A DNA stretch of 64,000 bases from Leucoraja ocellata. Its lineage: Eukaryota. Under the pieces are notes generated by a model. That model searched no databases. It saw only the letters and a list, made by a program, of their open reading frames with translations, and had not been told where the DNA came from. Of the stretch, positions 12,199 through 24,225 are shown one piece after another (within the stretch, counting starts at the first letter, position 1; each line of letters begins with the position of its first letter). A program made the translations under genes and the position numbers. The stretch covers positions 10,044,001 through 10,108,000 of the forward strand of contig JAWMAR010000028.1 of NCBI GenBank assembly GCA_036785375.1. The letters are read 5' to 3'.

Positions 12199-12792
12199 CT
12201 GAGACCAGAGGCGTGAGAAATTAATAAATTGCAAAATGTTGAGCCAAATCCGTGCAAAGAAACATAATCATAGTCATAAAGTGATATAGTGTGGAAACAG
12301 GCCCTTCGGCCCAACTTGCCCAAACCAGCTACACTCGTCCCACCCGCCCGCATTTGTTCCATGTCCCTCCAAACCTGTCCTATCCATGTACACGTCTGAC
12401 TGTTTCTTAAATGTTGGGATCGTCCCTGCCTCAGCTACCTCCTCTAGCAGCTTGTTCCATACACCCACCAACCTTTGTGTGAAAAAGTTACCCCTCAGAA
12501 TCCTACTAAATCTTTTCCCCTTCACCATAAACCTATGTCTGGTCATTGATGCACCCACTATGGGCAAAAGACTCTGTGCCCAATCTATTTCTCTCCTGAT
12601 TTATACACCTCTATAAGATCATCCCTCACCTGCGTTCCAAGGAATAGAGTCCCAGCCTGCCCAACCTCTCCCTATAGCTCAGACCCTTTAGCCCTAGTGA
12701 CATCCTGGTAAATCTTCTCTCAACCCTTTCCAGCTTGACCACGTCTTTCCTATAACAATGATAGTAAAATTACAATAGTGAAACAAACGCAC

Positions 12793-13059
12793 CTTGAACG
12801 TGGAATTCCACCTCCTTGGTGATTGTCCCCAGTTTATTGCCGGCTTCACAGCGGTACATTCCCGTGTCCCCGAACAGGGCCGGTGACAGGTGCAGAATCG
12901 CTCGGTCCTCGGCCACGACTGACCAGTTGCCGGCAGATAACTTGCTCCACACTATCGTGGCAGCGGGGCTGCTGTCTGCAGCACAGGTTAGTCGAACATC
13001 CTGACCCTCTCTCACTGTGGCAGAGGGCTCTGCAGTAATATCAATCCATGTGGGAGCAT
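12793..13059 (-). CDS. VCAM1: VCAM1-like copy A exon 4, Ig D3
   Basis: 267 bp, phase 1-1; IVWSKLSAGN...DTGMYRCEAGNKLGTITKEVEFHVQ vs human D3 IFWSKKLDNGN...[25 protein letters not shown]. Confidence 0.92.
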
Positions 13060-13177
13060 CTGTAGAAGGAGATGGGATAATTCACTACATTAAAGGCGGG
13101 CGACTTAAACCATTGTCCAGACTACGTCTATGACTGTGATTCCGTTCTCAATGTTATATCTCTGTCTCCATACTTAC

Positions 13178-13480
13178 AGTGAACCTGTAACGTTAGCGAC
13201 CCCTCGGCCTTGCGTGGTTGGTTCTCCGTGAGTAATTGCACTCGGCATGTCAGCTCTTGTCCCGAGTCTCGCAATTCAGCCGTCAGTTCGTAGGTGAAGT
13301 TCATCGCCGTTTCTTCCTCTGTGTAGTCACGGAAGCTGTCGGTCTTCAGCAATGTTGTTCCTTTCAGCCACTCCACCTCCACTTGAGCGGGGTAGACTTT
13401 GGGGACCGTACATCTCACGGAGCCTCTCTGGCCAACTTCCAGACTGCCCACAGTCTCCACGATGAGTGTGTCGGACAGAG
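13178..13480 (-). CDS. VCAM1: VCAM1-like copy A exon 3, Ig D2
   Basis: 303 bp, phase 1-1; GSLEVGQRGSVRCTVPKVYP...WLKGTTLLK...ELTCRVQL...LQVH vs human D2 GPLEAGKPITVKCSVADVYP...LLKGDHLMK. Confidence 0.92.
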
Positions 13481-14295
13481 CTGCAACGACACGTGGATTC
13501 AGGAATCAAACAGGGATTCAGGGTGTAATGTACAGCACCCAAGTTGCCCATCGATTTAGTCAGAGGGTGGTGAATCTGCAGAATTCATTGCCACAGAAGG
13601 CTGTGGAGGCCAAGGCAATGGATATATTTAAGGCAGAGGTAGGCAGATTCTTAATTAGTACGGGTGTCATAGTTTATGGGAGAAGGCAGGAGAATGGGGT
13701 TAAGAGGGAGAGATGGATCAGCCATGAGTGAATGGCGGAGTAGACTCGATGGGCCGAATGGGCAAATTCTGCTCCCATCACTTATGATTTGTTACTAAAC
13801 TCTCGTTCCAATCTGCAAAAGGACAACTTTCATGTCAGAAAACATTCATGAATCTGTTAACTAAAATATTTGTTGAAGACCAAAACAAAGACAATCGTTG
13901 GAAGGCCCTGAATAAAACAGCGTGTGCCGGAAATACTCATCTGGCAGGCAGTATTGGTGGAGAGAAAACAGAGGTGATTCTTGTCGGTTAGAGATCTTTG
14001 CTCTCCCCCGATGCTGCGCTACAACGAGTGAAATCTCCCCAGAACAATGACCTTTCAGTGTTAGGAAAGAACTGCAGATGCCGGTTTAAACCGAAGATAG
14101 ACACAAAAGGCTGGAGTAACTCAGCGGGACAGGCAGCATCTCTGAGAGAGAAGGAACGGGTAAGGTTTCGGGTCGAGATTCTGTTTCTCTCTTCGTGGAG
14201 GTTGCACGAATAATTGAGTATTTCCAGTATTTTTTTAACTTTTATCTGGACGGACAAAGTTGCGACAAGTTTCCAGTCAGGAGATGGGTTAATAC

Positions 14296-16207
14296 TAGGT
14301 ATGTTACAAAAGTTACCTTCTGCGGCGCTGCAGTTCTGCCACTGGCCGTGTGTGTGACTTTGGCTCCTTTGGAGGGGGGGGGGGGGGGGGGGGGGGGCGG
14401 GTTTAAAATGTGTTTTTTCTCCTGCCTGTCCTGGATATATTTTCTAGGAGTGCAAGCTTTTGCTGAAGAATTGTTCCGACGGCCAACAATTTTTTTAATT
14501 TTATTAAATCGCCCAACAATTTCAGCACTGGAGTAATTTAAAAATCAGCTTCTAAAGCCGTCAACGCCGACAATGGGGACGGATTTCAGGTACGGGACAG
14601 GTAAAGGAAAGCCGTTTATTTTACATATAAACGTGCTTCTTAGGATGCCTTTAATCCACATTTTACATTGCGAAACGGTGATTTAGGCCCCATATGAACC
14701 GGCAGTATTTTACCTGCTGATATGGGGTGTAAATTCACCGCAACCGCAACGTTCCAAACGATCGCGTTCCTCACAAATCCACTCGCAAGATGATTAAAAT
14801 GGCCATTAATTTATGGGAATTAAACACTAAATTCCTTCCATTTGGCCTATAAATCCATGACAATGAGATTTAGAAATCATGTTATGGTGTGAATTCTTGT
14901 GTGAATGTTATTTGGACATTTAGGCTATTTAAAAATGCTAATCTTTTCTTAAGAAATGGATAGATGTTTAGATCTAGTAATTGAATTTTGTAATTAACTA
15001 CAATTGGGTAACTAACTAATTATATGCTTTAATTTCAGGTCATCCAAGTAAACTTGTTTTATATTTGTTTCAGAATGCTTCAATCTATAATAACTGAACA
15101 TTTCTCTCAGTTCTCTTAATTTTTAAGAAAGTTATGGGCTTTTGACTGTCCTTGATCACAGCTTTTGTGCTAAGTCAATGGAAAAGCAATAGGCAGTCGG
15201 GTCACGACCCATGACTCTGTTGCTACGCTACTCCAAATGGAGTACACGCGATGTACTACAGGTAGGCACTTACCATTGTTTCCAACGTAGCGGGCCCGTT
15301 AAAACCCGCCGAAAATGGCAATTTTTGCGCTGCAAATAATGATGGAAATCGGGATAAGCGTGTGAGACATTTAGCCTACTTCAGAATTCCAAAAGTGAGG
15401 AGAAATGACGGTAGATGGAAGTGAGAGCTGAAGGGACAACAACAGACAAAGTGCTTAGCGAACATTGGCCGTTTGCTCACTGCATTTCATCAACTAAGGC
15501 ATTATTTGTGTTTTTTCTTGATTTCTTTGGCATCTAAAAAGTTTCAGAAGTGATAAATCTCGTGGGGTTTACATACAAAATGAAAACGCATCTGAAGGAA
15601 AATTTACAGCCAGATTGATCACTTCTGAGACTTTTTAGATACCAAAGGAATCAAGAAAAAACACAAATAATGCCTTACTGTTGATGAAATGCAGTGAGCA
15701 AACGCGATAATTCCAATATTTTCAATTACGATATCTGCACGGCCAATGTTTACCAAGCACTTTAGCTGCTGTTGTCCCTTCAGCTCTCGCTTCTCTTTAC
15801 CTTCATTTCGCTTCACGTTTGGAATTCTAAAGTTGGGTACATGTCTCTCACACTTACACCGATTTCCACAATTTTTTACAGTGCAAAAATTCATCATTTT
15901 GGCGGTTTTTAACAGGTAGGAAAGTACGCGTTTTTTGCATTAATAACATATACTGGAAGTGACGGATGTCCTCCAGATGGATTGAGCGGCTCCATGCGTC
16001 AAGCCCTATGACCCAGTGACCTTACGTGCAACCCCCCTATAGGGAACAAGATGCTAATTTCCGAGTATGAAAATGGCTATAACTTTTTTAATACTGTAGA
16101 TATGAAAGTGAAATATAGGTGTCAAATTAAACTTCTTTTTATGCTTTATCTGATGGGATAAATTGCAGACATGATTTTTTAAATCACAACATTTTGTAAC
16201 ATTGCTA
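14296..16207. mobile_element. Non-autonomous DNA transposon with two inverted THAP-domain remnants
   Basis: TIRs TAGGTATGTTACAAAA / TAGCAATGTTACAAAA; 7-8 bp duplication TTAATAC(T); absent from copies B and C; FCTVKNCG...FRIP...RVCSLHF remnants. Confidence 0.8.
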
Positions 16208-16218
16208 TTAATACTCAC

Positions 16219-16494
16219 AGAATATATTGAGGTTGGCATATTTTCTTTTTTCTTCTGTGCCGCATTTTGCGGAACAAGTGTACTTGTGTTGGTTCTGCGG
16301 GGTCACCGCGGAGATGGTGAACTTGGACACCGAGCCCCGAGTTGTGATTGTTCCGCCCAGGGGGTTATCGGTCCCGATTCTCCACGTGAAGGTCGGAGAC
16401 GAGCAGCTCTTCGCCTCACAGTTCAACTCCAGCGAGTCCCCGATACGAGCCCACACGTTTCTAGACGGGTTTAACTCCAAATTGAAGGCGGATC
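16219..16494 (-). CDS. VCAM1: VCAM1-like copy A exon 2, Ig D1 (integrin-binding domain)
   Basis: 276 bp; ARIGDSLELNCEAKSCSSPTFTWRIGTDNPLGG...YTCSAKC vs human [33 protein letters not shown]...YLCTATC; four-Cys pattern. Confidence 0.95.
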
Positions 16495-16683
16495 CTGCAG
16501 TTTTGAAACAACACACAAGCAATATTATTTTTTAAAAGCTTACAAGTTTAACGCTTTAAATATTCACCTCTTCATTTCTTTAAACAAACAGATACCAAAA
16601 TTGATACTTTGGTGCCTGAGATTTAACACAAAACGAATCGTTAGAAAATGCAGATTAATAGTGATGTAAAATAAATGAGAAAC

Positions 16684-16744
16684 CTGTGGCGAGCATCAAT
16701 GCAAGAGTAATTGTAGTGGCTGGGTCGCATCTGTCTCCAGCCAT
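16684..16744 (-). CDS. VCAM1: VCAM1-like copy A exon 1, signal peptide
   Basis: Kozak ACCATGG; MAGDRCDPATTITLALMLAT(G); phase-1 GT donor fits exon 2 (GSA|F cleavage). Confidence 0.88.
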
Positions 16745-16789
16745 GGTTCAGCGGCACTCGGACACACACACACACACACAAGCCGAGGT

Positions 16790-16962
16790 TGACTTCACTT
16801 CTGCAAGGGGCGTCAGGCTCTGGAGCTGTGAGCCTGGGCTCCGCCGCCCCGCTTTATAACCCCGTCTGGAAGAGCATGGGACTTCCCTTGGCGTCAGGCG
16901 AGCAATCCCCACCACGCACCGTTCACTGGCTCCTGATCTTTCTCTGCTGAAGGGAATTTACC
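16790..16962 (-). promoter_or_regulatory. Copy A promoter: TATA box, NF-kB site(s), GC box, IRF-like motif
   Basis: TATAAA 16858-16853; GGGACTTCCC 16878-16887; kB-like GGGAATTTACC 16952-16962; AGAAGTGAAGT downstream of TATA. Confidence 0.72.
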
Positions 16963-18296
16963 ACAAAGGGCATCACAGTTCAAATAACCACAGGATTTCT
17001 TCACAAGTTTCCCAATTCCATATCTTGCTGATCATAACCAGCCACTTATGGAAGCGCAGAATCACGTAATCTTATTTTAATGCTTTTTACGCACGAACGA
17101 GAGCCACTCGGCCCATTGAGTTCGTGCCAGCACATTCATTTGGGTCCCACTCCCGCCCCTCCCCCATGGTCTTGCAACTCCTTTCCTTCCATTAATGTTC
17201 TTGGAATGCAAACACGGAATGTGTTTCGTTTCTCTCATGTCACTATTCATTATTTGCCAATCGCCTTCATTCTTTTTCACCTCTTTTTTGACGCCAAGAC
17301 CAATTTATTTTCGACTTTCAACCATTTTCACTGACCTGTGCCCACATCAGTTTCCTCCCGTGTTATGTTTCAACGAGACTATAGAAGGACACGTATAGAA
17401 TGTAGCACAGGGTGGGGGTTATAAAGCGGGTCTCTACCAGAGCACCTCATATGTCAGATCATACCCCAAGTACCTCTGCTCATGCACCTCTTTTGGGACA
17501 GGATGCTTCATTCCACATTGTCCTGCCCACCAAACTGCATCACTGTACATTTCTCTGCATGAGGATCAAAGGAAATATTTTAGGAGTGGGTCATTTGTCC
17601 CCTCCAGCTTGCTCTGCTAATCATCATGATCACAGCTTATCTTCTAACTCCATCTCATTTTCTCTGACTATTCATAAATCCCTTCCTTCCCTGAATATCT
17701 GAATATTACTCCTCATCTGAGTCCTAAATTATCTAATGTTGTTCTGGTTCAAATTCCTGAGAAGGAAAACATCCTCCCTGCATCCTCTTATTCTAATCTT
17801 GAGAGAAAAACAGGTCCAGTCTATTCAATATCTCCTCCTAATGAAAACTTTTGCTTCCTAAATTCTGCTCTAACTCCATTTACATGTTTGTAGATGATAC
17901 CAACATAGTGGATCGAATCTCGAACAATGATGAGATGGAGTACAGGAAGTAGAGAGATTAGTAATAGGGTAGACACAAAATGCTGGAGTAACTCAGCGGG
18001 TCAGGCAGCATCTCTGAGATAAGGAAAGGGCGACGTTTCTGGTCGAGACCCTTCTTCAGTTTGAATGTCACAGGAAAGGGAAATGAGAGATATAGGAATC
18101 GTAGAAGCTTATTTATGCAAAGCAAACTACCATAGAAAAGCAAAAGGCATTACCACAATAGTGAGATGATATGCATAGACATTGATTTGGTTCCCACCTG
18201 TACCTCTGTACTATGGCCATAGTTACAAAGCCCTGGACTTTGGAACAATCACCTGCAACATGTAGAGGCAATATTAAGCACAGTTTGTAAGTGCTT

Positions 18297-18369
18297 GGGT
18301 GGCACAGTGGCCCAGTTGGTAGAGTTGCTGCCTCACAGCGCCAGAGTCACAGTTTCGTTCCTGACCTAG
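18297..18369 (+). mobile_element. tRNA-derived SINE 5' end, interrupted by a hAT-like element starting at 18370
   Basis: A-box-like TGGCCCAGTTGG; similar to the SINE at 42178. Confidence 0.6.
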
Positions 18370-18687
18370 CAGGGCTGCCAACATTGGGTGAGAGTTGAGA
18401 GTGAGAAATTGCGAGGGGGCGTAGCGACCGATGGGGGGAAGGTGTGAGGGGGTGTTCCCCTCCCATAGTAGGCTCCGGAGGCGGCACCACTCACCCGCTC
18501 CGCTCCTGGATCCGGGACGGGGTTAAAACTCCATGGGGTGTGGACATAGCGGTCGACGGACATAGAGCCGCCGGAGGTGAGGGTGGGAGGTGTATGCTGT
18601 GCCTCAGGGGGGAATGGGGAGGGGGGTTGGTGCTGGGACCACCGGCGCTGTGTCTCACCTATCACACCATCTGTCCCTTCACATGTT

Positions 18688-19082
18688 CCACACTGTCCCT
18701 GTCCCCACACTGTCCCTGTCCCCACACTGTCCCCACACTGTCCCCACACTGTCCCTGTCCCCACACTGTGCCCACACTGTCCCTGTCCCCACACTGTCCC
18801 TGTCCCCACACTGTCCCTGTCCCCACACTGTCCCTGTCCCCACACTGTCCCCACACTGTCCCTGTCCCCACACTGTCCCCACACTGTCCCTGTCCCCACA
18901 CTGTCCCTGTCCCCACACTGTCCCTGTCCCCACACTGTCCCCACACTGTCCCTGTCCCCACACTGTCCCCACACTGTCCCCACACTGTCCCTGTCCCCAC
19001 ACTGTCCCTGTCCCCACACTGTCCCCACACTGTCCCTGTCTCTCCACTGTCCACACACTGTCCCCACACTGTCCCTACACTG
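18688..19082. repeat. Minisatellite of mixed 11-bp (CCCCACACTGT) and 6-bp (CCCTGT) units
   Basis: Directly visible tandem array of about 395 bp. Confidence 0.97.
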
Positions 19083-20094
19083 TGGGTGCTGTCTGCTTAG
19101 TTTTGTTTATTGTCACCTGTGCTGAGGTACAGTGAAAAGCTTCTCTATTAACATTCTGAGACTCTCTACATAATGGAAGTAATCACATTCGGCCCTTCAA
19201 GCTAGCATTGCCATTCAATATGATCATGGCTGATCATCCAAAATCTGTACCCAGTTTCTGCTTTCTCCCCATATCCCTTAATTCCATAACCCTAAGAAAT
19301 TTAAACATGGGAGGCTTTTTATAGTGAATAAAAACTGCAAGGCACCATTTTTACCATGTGATGATTTTTCCACACGTCGGTAGTTGTTGTTGGCTCAAGA
19401 GTAACTCTGGAGAGGAACTGGGTACATCGCAGAAATGAGAAGTAAACAGCAAACTTAGACATACACGTGGGAACTCATTTAAACTTGTGAACATAAACTT
19501 GGAATCTCATAGAAAACCACGAGTTTGATTTTTTCTTTCACTCGGGGTCACTCGTGGGTGGACACGTACGTGAGACAGGGGCTTAACCAGTCAGCAGAAA
19601 GACAATACATGATAATAATCGAGCCATTTACAGTGTATAGATACATGATAAGGGAATAACGTTTAGTGCAAGGTAAAGCCAGCAAAGTCCAATTAAGGAT
19701 AGTCCGAGGGTGGATAGTCTGAGGGTCACCAATGAGGTAGACAGTAGTTCAGCACTGCTGTGTGGTGTTTGTCTGTGCGCTGTTTGTATTGTCTCTCTGT
19801 GACTGTTTAGGTTTCCTCCTGGTGCTCCAGTTTCCTCACAAATCCCAGACGTTTGCAGGTTATTTGGCCTCTGTAAAATTGTTCCCAATGTGTAGGGAAT
19901 GGCTGGGAAAGTAGGAATAATGAACTAGTTTGAATGGATGATTGATTGCTGGTGTGGACTCGGTGCGCCGAATGGACTAATATATTGCAGATGCTGCAAA
20001 TCTGAAATAAAGCAGAAAATGAGGAAATACTCAACAAATCAGCAACAGCTGATGAAAAAGCCAGAATTGGAATGGGGCAGGTTGCAGCCATTCA

Positions 20095-20987
20095 GGCTTT
20101 ACAGGTGATACTAAACTGGCTGGTATCATAGATACCGAATTTGGTTATCACAAGTGACAGCAGGATTTTTATTAGTGAGGCAAGTGGGCTAAGGAATGGT
20201 TAATTAAATGTAGTGCAGGTAAGTGTTTCATTAGGGGAAGTCAAACCAGGGCAGGACCTTCACTGTGAATGGTGGTCCCTGGAAAGTATTGTAGAGCAAA
20301 GGAATCTATGAGTGCTGGGATATAGTTCCCTGCAAGTGTCGTCACAGGTAGATCGGGTGGTCAAGAAGGCTTTCAGTACAATGGCCTTCATCAGTCACAG
20401 TAATGAGTACAGAAGTTGGGATAGACCTGAAGAAGGCATAGACTATTTTCTAAATGGGGAGAGAATCCAGAAATTGAAGGTGCAAAGGGATGGAGCAGGA
20501 TTCCCAAAAAGTTAAACTGCAAGTTGAATCAGTAGTAAAGAAAGCTAGCATTTATTATAAGAGGGCTTGTATACACAAATAGAGATGTAATGCTGAGGCT
20601 CTATCAGGCGCTGGTAAGGTCGCATTTGGAATATTGTGAGCAATTTTGGGCACCATATGTGAGGAAGGATGTGCTGGCTCTAGAGTAGGACCAGAGGAGG
20701 TTCACAAGAATGATCCCAGTAATGAGTAGGTTAACCTATGATGAGCATTTGACGGCACTGGGCCTGTACTCACTGGAATTTAGATGAGGGGAGGATCTCA
20801 TTGAAACATACAGAATAGTGAAAGGCTTGGATAGAGTGGATGTGGAGAGGATGTTTCCACTAGTGGGAGAGTCTAGGACTAGAGGTCACAGCCTCAGAAT
20901 TAAGGGACGTTCTTTTAGGAAGGAGATGAGGAGAAATCTATTTCGTCAGAGTTTTGTCAATCTGTGGAATTCTTCGCCACAGAAGGC
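20095..20987 (+). mobile_element. Degenerate CR1 3' fragments
   Basis: KGLDRVDVERMFPLVGESRTRGHSLRIKG and related motifs. Confidence 0.8.
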
Positions 20988-22299
20988 ACAACCTTTGAAT
21001 CCACCACTGAATTTTGCTGTTGCTGCACCTACCTCTCCTCCCCACCCCCACCTGCATCAATAATCTCTATACTTATAAAACTCTGATCTTGGGTCTTATT
21101 TGTGTGTGTGTTTGTGTGTAATCACATCTTTGCAAAAAAAATCCAGTAGACATATTTCCCCTGGAGTGCAAAATCGCCTTATCTGCAAATTTCATGCTTT
21201 ATTTGTCGAGTAATTAATGAAAATGTTCAAAAATCTGACAAAACATTTAATTTAAAAATGACTGTCTTTCGCTGATGACGTCATAATGGGTCTGCAAGCC
21301 TTTTTCCTTGCGCTGCAAGTGACGTCACCCCCCCAACATTCCCTCCTCCCCCCCGTCATTCAAAAGACGCAGCCGGAGATGAAGTCGGCCCTGGATTGAA
21401 GATCATAGCTGTAGACAGCGGCAGACCAACTTGTGTTCCTTTGGTCGACGCCTGCCCACCCACCCGCTTCCCCGCCCGCCCCGTCACTGCCTCGCCCCCA
21501 CGCTGCGTCGCTCGGCGCAGGGTAGGGAGGTTGCTGCTATTCTCTGCCTCTGTAGCTGCCCTCTCTCTGCCTCTGCCCTCTGTCTCTGCCCTCTGCCCGC
21601 TAGCTCTGTCCTCTGCCCTCAGTCCTCTACCTCCTTCCCTCTGCCCTTGCCCTCTGCCCCTGGCCTCTGTCTCTGCCCCTGCCCTCTCTACACCCCTCCC
21701 TCTCTCTCTCTCTAGCTGCGCCTGCGAGTTGGGGGCTATGAGTGAGTGGATAGGGTGGGGAATTGGGTAAAAGGAGCGAATTCATAATATTAATATAATA
21801 TCAAGGCAGGCCGCCCACCCACCCCCCTCCCCACCCCTGCAACCGCGGATTGAGGGGACGGGACCCAACGAGTCCCACTTGGTCTAGTCTATCTACTTAT
21901 CTATATTACCAAATCTCTGATCTTGACCGCTTTTGGCCCACTGTGCTGCAATTTCCAACAGAACTCCACCACCTACGGCCATCATTTTTGGCCACCTCGC
22001 TCAGAGCCCCCCTCCGCCTGATGGGTGCGGACGATTTTTCCCATCGATGACAAATCAGAGAGATATTATTATTTTTTTTAAATCACCATTCTCTCTGCTG
22101 CCCCTGTTGGAGGGAGGGGGAGGGACTTTAAAACCAGGAAGTGGTGTGCCTCACTCAGTCTCTGCAAGATTGATGAAGCCAAGGGTCATGTCTCTCTGAG
22201 CTCTGAATAACACCGAACAAATGTCTACACAACTGTGAGTACCCTTAATGTGGTTTGAAAATGAAAATATGGTTTGTTTGAAGTAAAAAGGCACTGCCT

Positions 22300-24225
22300 G
22301 CAAATGGTTGTTTGGGTACTTTGGCTTGAAGTTGAAAGGCACTAATTACTGCAAATGGTGGCGGGTGATTTGGCTTGAAGTTGAAAGGCACTTCTTACTG
22401 CAAATGGTGGCTTGGGTGCTTTGGCTTGAAGTTGAAAGGCACTACTTACTGCAAATGGTGGCATGAAGTTGAAAGGCACTACTTACTGCAAATGGTGGCT
22501 TGGGTGCTTTAGCTTGAAGTTGAAAGGCACTACTTACAGCAAATGGTGGCTTGGGATCTTTGGCTTGAAGTTGAAAGGCACTACTTACTGCAAATGGTGG
22601 CTTGGGAGCATTGGCTTGAAGTTGAAAGGCACTACTTACTGCAAATAGTGGCTTGGGATCTTTGGCTTGAAGTTGAAAGGCACTACTTACTGCAAATGGT
22701 GGCTTGGGTGTTTTGGCTTGAAGTTGAATTACACTATTTACTGCAAATTGTGGCTTGGGAGCTTTGGTTTAAAGTTGAAAGGCACTACTTACTGCAAATG
22801 GTGGCTTGGGAGCTTTGGCTTGAAGTTTAAAAACATCACCATTCTCTCCGCTTCACCTGCTGGAATGGAGGGGGAGGGACTATAAAACCAGGAAGTGGTG
22901 TGCCTCAATCAGTCTCTGCAAGATGGATGAAGCCAATGGTCACGTCTCTATGAGCTCTGAATAACACTGAACAAATGTCTACACAACTGTGAGTACCCTT
23001 AATGTGGTTTGAAAATTAAAATATGGTTTGTTTGAAGTAAAAAGGCACTGCCTGCAAATGGTTGCTTGGGTGTTTGGCTTGAAATTGAAAGGCACTTCTT
23101 ACTGCAAAAGGTGGCTTGGGTGCTTTGGCTTGAAGTTGAATTGCACTATTTACTGCAAATGGTGGCCTGGGAGCTTTGGTTTAAAGTTGAAAGGCACGAC
23201 TTACTGCAAATGGTGGCTTGGGAGCTTTGGCTTGAAGGTGAAAGGCACTACTTACTGCAAATGATGGCTTGGGTGTTTTGGCTTGAAGTTGAAAGGCACA
23301 TCTTACTGCAAATGGTGGCTTGGGTGCTTTGGCTTGAAGTTGAAAGGCACTACTTACTGAAAATGGTGGCATGAAGTTGAAAGGCACTACACTGCAAATG
23401 GTGGCTTGGGTGCTTTGGCTTGAAGTTGAAAGGCACTACTTACTGCAAATGGTGGCTTGGGTGCTTTGGCTTTAAGTTGAAAGGCACTACTTACTGCAAA
23501 TGGTGGCTTGGGAGCTTTGGCTTGAAGTTTAAAAAAATCACCATTCTCTCTGCTGCACCTGCTGGAGGGAGGGTGGGGGGACTATAAAACCAGGAAGTGG
23601 TGTGCCTCACAGTCTCTGCAAGATGGATGAAGCCAAGGGTCATGTCTCTATGAGCTCTGAATAACACCGAACAAATGTCTACACGACTGTGTACCCTTAA
23701 TGTGGTTTGAAAATGAAAATATGGTTTGTTTGAAGTAAAAAGGCACTGCCTGCAAATGGTTGTTTGGGTGCTTTGACTTGAAGTTGAAAGGCACTATTTA
23801 CTGCAAATGATGGCTTGGGTGATTTGGTTTGAAGTTGAAAGGCACTTCTTACTGCAAATGGTGGCTTGGATGCTTTGGCTTGAAGTTGATAGGCCCTACT
23901 TACTGCAAATGGTGGCATGCAGTTGAAATGAACTACTTAATGCAAATGGTGGCTTGGGTGCTTTGGCTTGAAGTTGAAATGCACTATTTACTGCAAATGG
24001 TGGCTTGGGTGCTTTGGCTTGAAGTTGAAAGGCACCACTTACTGCAAATGGTGGCATGAAGTTGAAAGGCACTACTTACTGCAAATGGTGGCATGAAGTT
24101 GAAAGGTACTACTTACTGCAAATGGTGGCTTGGGTGCTTTGGCTTGAAGTTGAAAGGCACTACTTACTGCAAATGGCAGCTTGGGTGCTTTGGCTTGAAG
24201 TTAAAAGGCACGACTGCAAATGCAC
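22300..24225. repeat. 51-bp tandem repeats nested in roughly 700-750-bp higher-order units inside Helitron-like unit 2
   Basis: Unit TTTGGCTTGAAGTTGAAAGGCACTACTTACTGCAAATGGTGGCTTGGGTGC; headers recur at about 22081, 22831 and 23537. Confidence 0.92.

Noticed and set aside
18366-19135. Six overlapping Cys/Pro/Gly-rich ORFs of 125-233 aa
   Set aside because: They are translations of a stop-free minisatellite in all frames, not genes
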